Positions 12,501 through 24,485 of a stretch of DNA of 64,000 nucleotides are shown one piece after another (within the stretch, counting starts at the first letter, position 1; each line of letters begins with the position of its first letter). A program made the translations under genes and the position numbers. Under the pieces are notes generated by a model. It saw nothing but the letters and a program-made list of their open reading frames with translations. It ran no database searches and had not been told where the DNA came from. This DNA is from Fimbriosthenelais zetlandica (Eukaryota). The stretch spans positions 20,336,001 through 20,400,000 of the forward strand of contig OZ365110.1 in the NCBI GenBank assembly GCA_977030845.1, read 5' to 3'.

Positions 12501-14880
12501 GTCCTCCTCCTACTCATTGGAGTAAAGCTGTTGTAGGTAGAATGAATCGGATGTAATCATTTCCTACCCGTGCTGACTCGTGATGAATACATGTAGATGT
12601 ATACAACTAGTCAATCCTAACCAGAGCATGTAGGATTTATATCATATCTATTGTGATACTCTAGGTTTTTTGTGTGTAAAATAGTAGTTTTTTTTTGTAA
12701 AATAGTATTGAAAACAGCAGGTTGTCAGTGATTCAGTTACACCCTTTATAAATAACCCGACAACTCCTCCCTTTTCCCTTTCTAAAAGATACATCTTAAC
12801 ATTCAAACAAAGGAATAAGAAATACATACTAGTCATATAAGACTCTCACATGTGCCAGTAAAATAAATCTAACCAGTATAGGAACACAAATTAAGGATAG
12901 TCAGAACAATAGTTATGTGGATGAAAATTAAGTCTTAGGATCAGGAAATATAATTGAATAGAAAGCGTTACTGTGCCAAAGAAATATAAAGGGGTACATT
13001 CAGAGCCAATGTTCAAAAATCAAGTCAGTCTCAAATCTACGACCTGAAGCCATATTGGTATGAAGTGCAACCAGTAATTTGCTGAAAGGGTTGCCCACAA
13101 ATTGGATTCCTCATTCTTAAAACCCATTCGAAACATAATCAAAGCGAATCACTTCCCTTCAAAAGCGGTTGCCAAGTTTAAATAGACTTGAATAGAGAAA
13201 GACCGGAATCCTTAAAGCAAGCGATTCATTGTTAAACTGACGTCCACATAAATCATAACGACAGGAGGCTTTTAACAGTGTGAGGAATCACCTTATAAGG
13301 CAAAAAAGTAACTCTTACAAAGTGATGACAAGAAAGCCTTCAATCAATCATTTTCACCTGCTAAATTTAGAGATTAGTACAATGATTTGTGAACTAAATC
13401 TCCTAGCAAACATACATCAATGATAAAAAAGTTCTTTTGTCAAAAGCCATGGGGGATAAGATTATCTGTGGATGTATCTGGCAGGCGTATAAACGAGGAA
13501 CGTAGTGGGTGAAGGGTAACATTGAGTAGGTAAGACATGTTCATGTCTTGATGGTAGTCAGAACTGACATGGCTGACATCAGCTGGGGTAGGATTTGAGG
13601 GTGATATGGAGTCTCGACCATATAAGTTTGGTTCGTGCCAATGTCCAATTTCAAACTGCCCAGGTATGCTTCCTGTGAAGGAGGAAGAATGACAGGTTGC
13701 TTTATGGTTCCAAAAGGAGGATACCAAAGAAGCAAGACCAGCATACCAAGCTACCATATATCAACTGATTTTTGTTCAATTTGGCAAACCATTTTTATCT
13801 TACTTTTCATTTTATATATTGAATCATATATAATTACTAAATCCGAACCATATGATAATTAATTATTCAACTCGCAGGTGTAAGGGGAAAAGTTTTCAAT
13901 TACTTCAATTCATAAGGTGGCAGTCCGAAGCTCTGATAGAAACTCTTTTTTTATCCTATATAGACAATTTTTATTCGGGAGATCTGTTTTGGAATGTCAA
14001 GTGGTTCAATTTCTATAGGAAGGACTTGATAAATCAGTTCTGATCTCGGGGTCTACTTTCATCTTACTTGCAGTAATACTTCACAAAATATATTCAGAAC
14101 GAGTGGAGACCGACTCCGCACGATAAGAGCTGGGGGCGCATTTCTGATCCCCTCATAGATTAATTTGTTGTAAACTACCAAAGGGTAAGTACATACACAG
14201 ATAATAGATCAATACCTGAATCACTGGAGGCGCGGGTCACTACCTCCAGACAATGGAGTCTTTCTCAATATCTAGCCAGCTAATAAGCAGGGTATTTATA
14301 AAGGAGCCAAACCACCCTACACACAAACCCACAGACACAAATACAAATGGATGTAGGATCCAATACACCGTTACATTCAGTTCTTGACGTAACACAACAA
14401 TCTCCCATTGAGGGATGATTCAAGGCTTAGTCAGGTAAAATGTGTTTCTCGAGGCGTGAACGGTGAATAGTAAAGACTGGAAGTTCGCTTTCATTCATGG
14501 TGTAGTCCCGGTGTGATGATTTTAAGTATGGCTGACGTTTGTATTGTGAGCACATTCTTTATGAGAGACATGCCTGGGAATGATATAGATGTAGTTTAAA
14601 GGCAGGAGGTTAAGAACTACAAATATTTATTATCCCTCAACCGGATAAGGCACTATGTTTTTCCTCGACCAATACAGATATATACGAAAACAACTATCCA
14701 CAACAGACCTATATTCCAAGGAACGTTTTATCAAAATGACACTTATTCATAAGAAACACTTATTCACAAGAATAAGTTGACAAAAACTTGATGATTCTGA
14801 AATAGGAATTCACCAACGAAAGTCATATACCAATGCACTATATGAACAAACACCTTTAACACTTCGAACATCCAACATAC

Positions 14881-15213
14881 CTCTTGTAAGGCCAATATTT
14901 CCTCCAGGAGGTTCCCAATCACTGATTTCGACTCAAATGCCAGTTCCCATTCGCCCCAATCCTCCTCCTCCTCATCTCTTCCAGCCAGACTCCAGGCATC
15001 TCCGATACTACAGTCCTCCGACCAGAGTGACACCCCGTCCACTGACTGACACGACAGTGACACCGTGTCCTCCTGGGTGGGGCTGGAGGAGCCCATAGCT
15101 ACCTCACCTCCTCCAGGTAATTCACCTGGAGAGGGAGGAGTTGGCGGGGGCTCACCTGACTTCTTCTTCTTCTTCTGGCCTTTTAAAGCGTGTGACAATG
15201 TGTCTACCAACAT
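14881..15213 (-). CDS. Candidate alternative first coding exon of RGS12 (111 aa, MLVDTL...KKKKKSGEPPPTPPSP...DEEEED...ILALQE)
   Basis: ATG at 15213 with an in-frame TAA 17 codons upstream; GC-rich low-complexity peptide; strong phase-0 donor GAG|gtatgt, after which the frame turns into intron-like hydrophobic residues. Confidence 0.5.
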
Positions 15214-18200
15214 TGATGGAGGTTTGAGGTACCATGCACTGATTCTTCTCCACCAGTCTCTTTAAGTTCAATCTTAAAAGTACACTACCCTTTAAGTGTA
15301 CACTAAATATGTGACTTATTCTCAAAAGGGCTTGTCATATGCACTGTTTGTCCTTGCACTGTACATTTATCCAAAACCCAGGTTATGGTATTGATGTCCA
15401 AACATCTATAAATCAGGTAAGTCTTCCAATTTATAAGGCATTTTGGTCTATAATTCAAGCTGAGATGCACATCGATGTCAGTTATGCTTGGCAATATGTT
15501 GATGTGCACATCAGATTCATGGCTTATAGCCAGTCATATACATCTGCTACTTTTTTCTCCCAATACAAATTGCAACACACAACACCTGCTTCAACTTCCA
15601 ATAAGATGGTTTTTTGCACTTCAGACTTTGCTATAGCTTTCCTGGGAACAAAGATATTCTGTGACACAGAAGTAGTAGTCCTCGTGTATTCCCATTGAAA
15701 TACACCACTAGATTTTGAGGGATGAAGATCCAATAAGTCTGCAACTCAAGTCCGCAACTCAGATTTTCTTTCAGGTCAAGATTTCCATGAAATTCCAAGA
15801 TATCGTCAACAGCAAAGCAGTAAAGGAATGGAATTCCCAGTGTGCATGTCAGATGAACATAATCCAAGTCCAGACTCGAGGAGAGGAGACTAGAGCATCT
15901 AGCTTCAACAAGATCTTCCCTTACAAAATGAGATCTGCAGCAAACAGAGATCCAATGCAAGACCAAATCCTGCTGTTTGCCTGTTCATATTTGCCTTTAG
16001 TGATGGTACACACGCTGACTTCTACCTCATCTCACAGCCATCTGCCTCGGGATCAGCTTACTCATTCATTCCTGATTCCCCAAGTCTGCCTCAAGCGTTT
16101 TTGTTGAAATCTTTTACTCAACTTTTTTCTCAAACCAAGCAAATTGGCCAACCACTGGAAGCATGTGAAATGGCAATTTCCATTTCTGAAGTGCCTTTGG
16201 GAAGTTGTAGTCGGGGTTGCCCAACTGGTTGTGAATTGTGGGCTTTTTATCAAAAATAAATCCGAGATGTTTGAAGTTGAGGATTAAGCTTCAAAAAGTG
16301 TTAGATTCTGAGGAAGTCTCACAGAGATCTATATCTTACTAAGCAGCTTGGTAACGGTTGTTGACAATTTAGAGTTGTGGTTTAGCGGAGGGTGATGGGT
16401 AATTATTAACTGACTGTTCCCATCTTAAAGCCTGGCTATTTTGCTTTCCTCACATGGATCAGTGTTAGTATGTCGCTGTAATGTACCACCAATTACCAGA
16501 CAACCATCAGAGCGAGGAGGACCATCCTGCTTCACTTACACAAGCTTTTATAAACAGCTATCACGAAAGGCTTTAAAATATCCCTTCTAAGCCAAGCTTA
16601 ATTTAGTCCATATAATCTGGCTTAATATCCTTGAACATAACCGTGAAATAGACGGTGTCAGATAATATCACATATTATGCACTTTGTTCCCTTGGCATCA
16701 TATTCATACAGTTTGGTCACATCTCAGAGTTGACATACCAGTGCAAAGAACCTAAGTCCCAAAACATGATATTCTGATATATGAAAGTTTGGCATTCAAT
16801 CATATGCACTTTAAATATTCCGAGTTTGTGACTCAGAGAGTCTGAATCTGGCAGGAATTTGGTCAAGATGGTTCCAAAACAGTGTGTATTTCAGCGGTTA
16901 AATCTGCCCAATAGGATTAAGTTGCAGTGTCACGTGTAAATGGGAAGGTTTTCGGCGTCGGTTTGTATAATCTCCATCAACAGTGGCTATAGAAGGCATC
17001 TGCAGGTGAGGTATATAAGGTACTGTTTGTAGGATGATTTGTTCAGCATGTAGAGATGAGGCAGTAATGTGTTGACATGTCATCTGAGGTGTCTCCATAT
17101 CAGATGTTGATGATAATGATATTGTTAAGGTGAATGTCTACAAGCCTGGATCCACTCCCCTGCCTCCTCGGGTGCCATTGGATCCGGAGAGGGATCCAGC
17201 TCTAGTCTGTGGTGATCCCAAACCCAGTTCCACTGTACCTAGATTCTATGTAAGGTGTCAGGTAGCTAGAGAAGATGTCTTCCCCCTTAACCGTGACTCC
17301 AGCCCCAGCGATGACTGTAGTGGTGCTGTCTTCTCCATATACCCACTCAACTCACACATATAGTCACATCCCTCCCATACATGTGTATACACACATATTA
17401 TACATACGTACCGTGGATGTCACGTCAAGCGAGAGCTGGAAATTATGGGATGTATGAGGCGGAGCTCTGCGGAATCACCCACCAGAACCAATCTGGCAAA
17501 GGACCAGGAGTGAACCGAATGAGAGGACCATTTAGTGTCAATATACATACAATACAGCCCTACTGAATAGTCCTACCCAACAGGTCCAAGTGAAAATCTG
17601 TATATATTATCATAATGCCTAAGGTCTATGATAATGTCTAAGGTGAAAGGAGTCTAAGGCTAGAAGCATGACGCCTTTATCTGAGACCTAATCCTCCAGG
17701 GGTAGTAAACATTTTAAAAGTTTAATCCTAAATTGAGGAGGTCTTTCAGGTGCGAAAGAGCCAGAAGGAGTTGGAAATAGAGGAGTTAGATGAAAAGCCG
17801 TTGAACATATTAAGTAGCTCGAGGCAGGGTCTGAAGAATGCATGGGTATTCCAAGTATTTGGCTGATCTAATCTATATAATCACAGTTCCACAGGTTTTG
17901 ATACCTTGATGGAAACGATCAAATTCCAGCTTTTTGGTTTGTCAAGGTGTACATTAAACGATTCACCTGGACACTTTTAATGATATATGAGTTGTATGCT
18001 CGTTTATACATGATTGCACAAAGCAAGTACCTGCTAACAGTAACTCATGTTATTCCATGGATGAATGTATTTCGCCCAAAGCCATTTTTGGTTACAAGTC
18101 GGTCTTCACATCGGAACGAGTGATCAAATGAATGAATTCTTAAATGAAAATATCCTGCAAAGCAGGAAAGAAGACCTTTCTGTTTCATTTCTAGAGTTCT

Positions 18201-20787
18201 GTCAACTTTTTTACTTCACTGCCCTTGTCAGTACACTTTCCCATAGATTTCTTTCGATGTCTCTTGCTGCATCTCTTTCCCACAACTCTTCTTCATACAA
18301 GTATAGAAAACAATACTAAAAGTGGTTTGCAAATTTTCCACATCCATTAAGCATTTGCGCAGTGTAGTAAAGGAGTCAACCGGGGCGTTACTCAATTTCC
18401 AGGCGGTTTCCTTAATGAGAAGAAGATAAGGAAAAACTAGAGCCTGGAGACATGAATAGGGAATAGGCCATGATCACATAGCGCTACCCCTGGAGGATAG
18501 GATCAAAACAATGTGAACAAGTGCTTCCAAACCAACATTTGAATACAGTGGCAAGTGTATGAACAGTGCCCATCTATTCTGTCATGGTGGAATTCACCGA
18601 TATGCATGCCAGGAGCTGTGAAGGTCGAGGGAAGTTTTGCTGAGAGGACCTTCAGAGGAATAAAAACAAGAGGCACAGGTGCCAAAACATGACGTGCGAG
18701 AGGTGGTTCCATTATCATGGAAGGTGTGAGAAGAGACCACAGAGTTGTGCCTGTCCTCACGCTATGTGCTCAGTCAAGTGGGACACAATCAATCTTCATG
18801 GTGACAAAGTTTAATAAGTTAATCAAAAGAAGCTGAATTATGGGCGAAAACTCGCACGCATTTTGAGAAAAAAGTCAGAATCCTTTTTCGTTTAGAAATT
18901 AAAATTCTTGTAATTATAAAGGTCTGGTTTAAAGGTTAATCAACAATTTGGCAAATCCTTTCATATTTCCAGGCCCATCAATCACACAGATGGCAGGACA
19001 ATGTACCATTGGAGCAGGTACAAGATCTACCCACATTTCTTACACACTTCTTAATCCAACATAAAACACTTAATCTGAAACAAAATCCTATCTTCTTGGA
19101 TCAAAATGATATTATGATTGTAACTAAAGTGGATGATCAAAGTTTAAGAAATCTCACAAACGCATTAGGGTTTTAAAAGCAGAAGAAATCAGATCACCCC
19201 TGTGTAGCCTCTGGGGGTATTACTGTGTGTGGCCCAAGTTTCAACTTACTCTTTAACTTGGCAATTCTCTCGTCAATAAAGGCTGTTTCAAACCATGTAA
19301 ACAAGGCAGTTCAATTGAACTGTCACACCTTTTCACACCACACGACCCCCAGCAGGCAAACCCCAGTCCCTGTCATTTATCAGTGTATTCTATCAGGCGA
19401 AACACCCAGAACTGCCATATGGTTCGGAATGGAGAGGGAAGTTGGCCTCTGATCCTTTGGATAATCGGATTTGGTTAAGCTGGGGAGTAGGATTTTAATC
19501 AGACACCATATTAAGTTTAAAAGTAGGCATAAATGGAAATACTGAGAGAAGAATGGAACCTGGAGCCATCTGGGGGGAAATGTTGGTACTGAAATGAGTC
19601 CAAAGATTCACCGGGACACGGTCTGGTAGGGATTGTGATCCCACCAGGATCTATCGTACGTGTCCTGGGAAATTACAACAGCACACAAACTGTCAACTAC
19701 TGAAATAATTTAGATGCTAATAAAGAAACTCTGTGTAGTCCAATAGTGTCTTTGCCAGCATTTCGCTTAGAATCTCATCAAGTGAAAGGAAAATTTAAGC
19801 TTGGTGGTCTACTCTGAATCAGCTAGACCTGATGTTCATAAATACAAGCAAGAACTTGTTTTTGTCCATTAGAAAATAAGTATTTTCTCGAAGTTATCCA
19901 AGCATTATCCTTTCTAAAAAAATGTTAGCATATAACGTTTTTGCAGTTCAGTTTGCATGATGCAAGGTTATTATCTATTATTTCATGGATAAATGAGTGT
20001 ACATGTGCCACAATTAAGTGAAGGCACTACACAAAGGGTTAACAGGAGCCTGGTATATTGAAGGGAAAATACTATATTTCTAACAGACGAATAACAGTGG
20101 AAAATATCATTCCTATCCGACTGGAAATTAGAGGCAGAGGAATTATCTATGTAATAGAGCATAAACGACAAGTTAGGAAGTAATGGTCAATGGAGCGGTA
20201 TAGTCATTTCTATATTTGATCAGAAGATTAGAAGTTCAATGAAGCGAGTACGGTGTATGCTCGAGTTGCTTTAATAAAGTTTAATAACTGAGACACCAAT
20301 GACTCGATGATAGCATTATTTGCGACTTAAAAAATGGCTTCCTTTGTTTTTAAGGCGGTGACCTTAACATCTTAGTGTTTTAAGGTCGTGTAAACATGAA
20401 GTTAAGTTCATAATCTGAACCACACCCTTAGGATTAAGTCAAGTATACATGGGTTAAGTCTAGAATAAAGACTTTAGGAAAAGGCCACACAATATGGAAC
20501 CTATGGTATAAACAGTCAAATATTTGATATTCAACACTGGAGGGAATTAATGGAACAATTTAACATTAATGTGTACTTTAGAATGCACATTAACTTAATT
20601 CGATCAGATCTATTGAAATACTATTCAATTGTATTTTAGCATTCCAATTTCAATTTCAACCTTCAATTTTCTAACATTATCTAAGTAATAAACCATAGAG
20701 AAATCCCATTATAAAAGAGAAAGAAATTTATTTGGTCACCTGCCATGATGAGCCCAGTTTGAGGCGAACGCTGTCACGTGGACTCAC

Positions 20788-20841
20788 CTTCCCTTCCAGC
20801 ATATCAATATTGATTAAGACGGCCGGACACGTGGGTTTCAT
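20788..20841 (-). CDS. Candidate alternative first coding exon (MKPTCPAVLINIDMLEGK)
   Basis: GGAATGA start context, perfect phase-0 donor AAG|gtgagt, UTR-like sequence upstream. Confidence 0.42.
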
Positions 20842-23800
20842 TCCAAATCCCTCGTTACACAAATTTCTTGAGCTCCAGGCCAAAACAACACTTTCCAATC
20901 CTGATCTTGCTGGTATGTAACCACCATAATGTGTACAGTCCGAGTGCCAATACCGTGTTAGAGTGATATAAAAGTCTATGTACTCGGTGAATGTGTAATA
21001 TATAATATGTTGCTTGTAATACACATGTATACAGACATATACACACAGACACGGAACTGTCCTGGAGCAGGAGATAGCTCGTAGCTGTCCAAAACTCAAT
21101 ATGAAGCCCTGGGAAAGGAATCCCTTGATTATCACAATTGAACCGATCACATGCTTTGAACTTATTGGCCCCAGCAGTTGTCTTTCCAAAACCAAGAACT
21201 ATAATTTCACACTCCAATTGTGATTAAAATCTCTCGATTTCTTTCATTGGGAATTCCATAGTTCGAACCCATTTCTAACCACTATCTTTCTACTTCTAGG
21301 AGCACGCCTATAGGAAGGAAGTCAACCATGTCATCCAACCATTGGTAACATAAGAAACAATTTATCTGGAATATATCATGATAAAATATAATTATCTCCA
21401 CTAAAGGGTCTCTCCTAGATACATAAAGCCCGGGTAGTGGACCAAATCCGTCCACGATCTCTCACACCTAAATATTGGTTATAAAATCTTGCCCCTTCAC
21501 ATGGTTCTTCTTTGATCCCCATATTTTATGTTGGGACCTTGAAACATATCTAAGTACTTGTGATAAATCATAATTTTCCGAACATCAAAGAACATCAAGG
21601 TAATAATGAGCCATCATAAGCAGATTGTAGTGTTGGATGTGGGTGTTGAGAAGTGGATCTCATTGAAGGGTTATATCACTTTAAGCTAACAACAGAAAGC
21701 CTTGGCTGACCTCCCACTGATCATGTTTTAAGATCAATTATAAAATTGAAATTTAGATCTTAGGCCACGATATCAATACAAAGCCAAATCATGCATGAGG
21801 TATTCATCGATAGGAAGATTAGTACCTTCAGGCTACAGGTCATCAGGGAAACCAATGAAAATACGTCATCTGATTTCTGGGAATTGTATTAATCAAAATG
21901 ATTAATATATATTAGGGAGGCGCGAATGGCGAAGCCCTACGCCTCGCAAAAACAGACAGCAAATGTCTAACCAATGGAGGAAAGAATTATCTGATACTCT
22001 GTCAATATTTCTGGTTATACAAAGAGGATTCCATTGCACTGTTTGGATGCGAAGGTGGTTATCAAGGCGGTTCTTCCTCATGCCAGTGACAATGCATTCA
22101 GGTAAGTAAATTCTTATAAAATGTATCATACAAACTTAACAATGGAAAACAATGGATAAATTCCCAAAAAATATCACACCTTGGATGTATATGAGAGAAT
22201 AGATAAACCTACCGCTGAATGTCCCATGGGTTTTTATCTGTCACAAGATCCCATGGAGGAGAGCGTTGTACCATATCCTCCACATATTATTTCCCTTCTC
22301 CTCCAGCTCATTCAACCTTTGCTTACTGCACGAACTCCTTACATAAAATTCACGCTTCATTTCAAATCACACGGCATGGCATGCAACCACAATGCTTAGA
22401 TCAGTATTCAAACCAACTGAAGGAGCCATTACATTAAATCATGGCATTTCCATCAAGCAAGCAATGTTCTGATAGAGTTCATCAAAAACTTATGCAGAAG
22501 TGACTAAAGAAATCTCATCCATAAATCCTATCCAAATATCCTAAGCCCGAGAAACCTTTGACTGATGCAGGAGATTCATCTGTAAATATTTAGGGTCAGA
22601 TATCCAGTGACGCCTATGAGGTGAATTTAACAGGTTGGATACCCACTGCACATTGTGGCCTGAGGTATCAAATCCAAACTGACCAATGATAACGGAAAGG
22701 TAGAAAGGTGACAGACTGGCCACTACTGGTGATGTCCTGCCCATAGCACCACCACCACCCTTCACCTTGCAGCCACTGGCCATTGGCACCATACCCGGCA
22801 AACTCCTGGAGGAGAATTTGACTTACATTCTAACCTGCTACCCAATAGGCTCAAGGTGTTGTTGTAATCAAGCGTTACGGATAGCATAGTTAAGCATTTC
22901 CTAGCTTGGCCTGAAGGTGGAAAGTCCATCGCAAATCTCTATAACAAATGCCTTTGGCACCACTCCCAATCCAAGACTCAAACATCTCATTCAGTCGACC
23001 CTTCCTCCCTATACCCACCATCAAATCTTTTGGACTATTATAGCTATCAATTGATACATTCATGTATAACTTACTTAAATCTACTCAATGGAAGCCTCCT
23101 TCTTTGAACTTAAACGAAAGCATCCATTTTCTGAAGGTGAAATCTTAAGAGACCGTATGGATTTTTGCTGCCATTGTTAGCTTAAGGGATTACTCACTCA
23201 GTGGGAAACCGACAATCATCCTCTTACGAATACATTTCATAAGGTATTAAAACAGATTAGCTATGAATATAAGGCAGGCGGATGGGTTCAATACAAAAAA
23301 GGCGTGCATATGTAATTCAATTAGATGTTATGTTATAGTTATGTTATAGTCTGTCTGTAATATTACAAACTTATGCATGTTGCCTTAACATACATTGTAA
23401 CGCCTCATAAACCCATAAATATTATTAGTAGAACCTTCTAATTAGAGTTCTCCATATATGAATTAAAAAGAGCTGTCATAAGGTGCGACAATATTATAAT
23501 TATGCTCATCCAAAATTGACGCAATTGACCTATTTTAATGAATAGGGAAGAGAAGAGTTCATGCAATCAAAATTCTTGAGAGATCAGCAAGCGTAGCTTA
23601 TGATCAAGATGTCATGGGAAGTTAACTCATGAAAAGGGGCGACTAGTACAATGATCGAGACCTGGCAGACCACACCACCTACCAGTTACAGGTGGAACTA
23701 CATGTAACTGTAAATGACATGGATATATGAATAGTGAAGGTCTAGGCTGTAATTTATGCCTTTAAAATGACATTCAAAAACAGTTGTCTTCGAGATAAGA

Positions 23801-24389
23801 AGTCTTCGAAATAAGACGGTGTCAACTGTCCAGAAAAAAATTTCAGGAAGATCGGCCCAATACGGCCCCATAGAATAATGCAGCCATTGCATTTTGGTGA
23901 TGCATTTTGAACAAGATAAAGCATTAAAGGTTTCGTCCAATAAATGTTCTCTGCTTCAGAAAAATCCTACTAAGAAACATACTCCAAAAAATATCCTAGT
24001 CAAGAAACATGACAAGTCTCATATATGTTGTAGCCTGAACTGAAGGAGGTTTTGTGATAACTTTACTGGATCACACCAGATGGAAGCACAGGTTATCCCC
24101 AGATGGTAGGTTGGAATTCTTCCAACAAATAGGTACAAAATGAAGGTTATGTATATTCAAACTGAAACTTACCTCTGATCATCCATATATCACTTCCCAT
24201 AATCATTATGAGCAGATTATGAGGGACGATTATAAACTGATTACATTTTGCGATTGCTAAATATTAATAATAGCTAATAAACACATTATAATTCTGTTCT
24301 TAAATTAAGGAGATACCAGGATGAACTTGTCTACTAATACAAAATTATATATAAGTAGACATCCAGATAAATAGTTTAATAATACTCAC

Positions 24390-24485
24390 CTCATGAGAAT
24401 TACTGAGGGTTGGTCTCCGCTTGATCTTGATTTGCTTGAATGATCCCCCTTTGGACAGCCTGCTATTCTCAACATCCTTCTCGCG
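24390..24485 (-). CDS. RGS12: RGS12 96-nt linker exon (REKDVENSRLSKGGSFKQIKIKRRPTLSNSHE)
   Basis: ttcttctttctattcag|CGC...GAG|gtgagt; consensus splice sites, phase 0-0, GC-richer than flanks, basic/Ser-rich peptide typical of the PTB-RGS linker. Confidence 0.8.

Noticed and set aside
14060-14400. LTR-like segment with TATA-like TATAAATA and TGTAAC/TGTTAC starts on the minus strand
   Set aside because: No second copy, PBS, PPT or target-site duplication found in the window.
17411-17491. 81-nt exon-like segment (cctttgccag|…ACG|gtacgt)
   Set aside because: Stops in all three frames; cannot be a coding exon and there is no evidence for a poison role.
17700-17880. QILGIPMHSS on the minus strand, similar to the Penelope-type RT motif QIVGIPMG
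   Set aside because: No following YIDD-type motif or other RT conservation.
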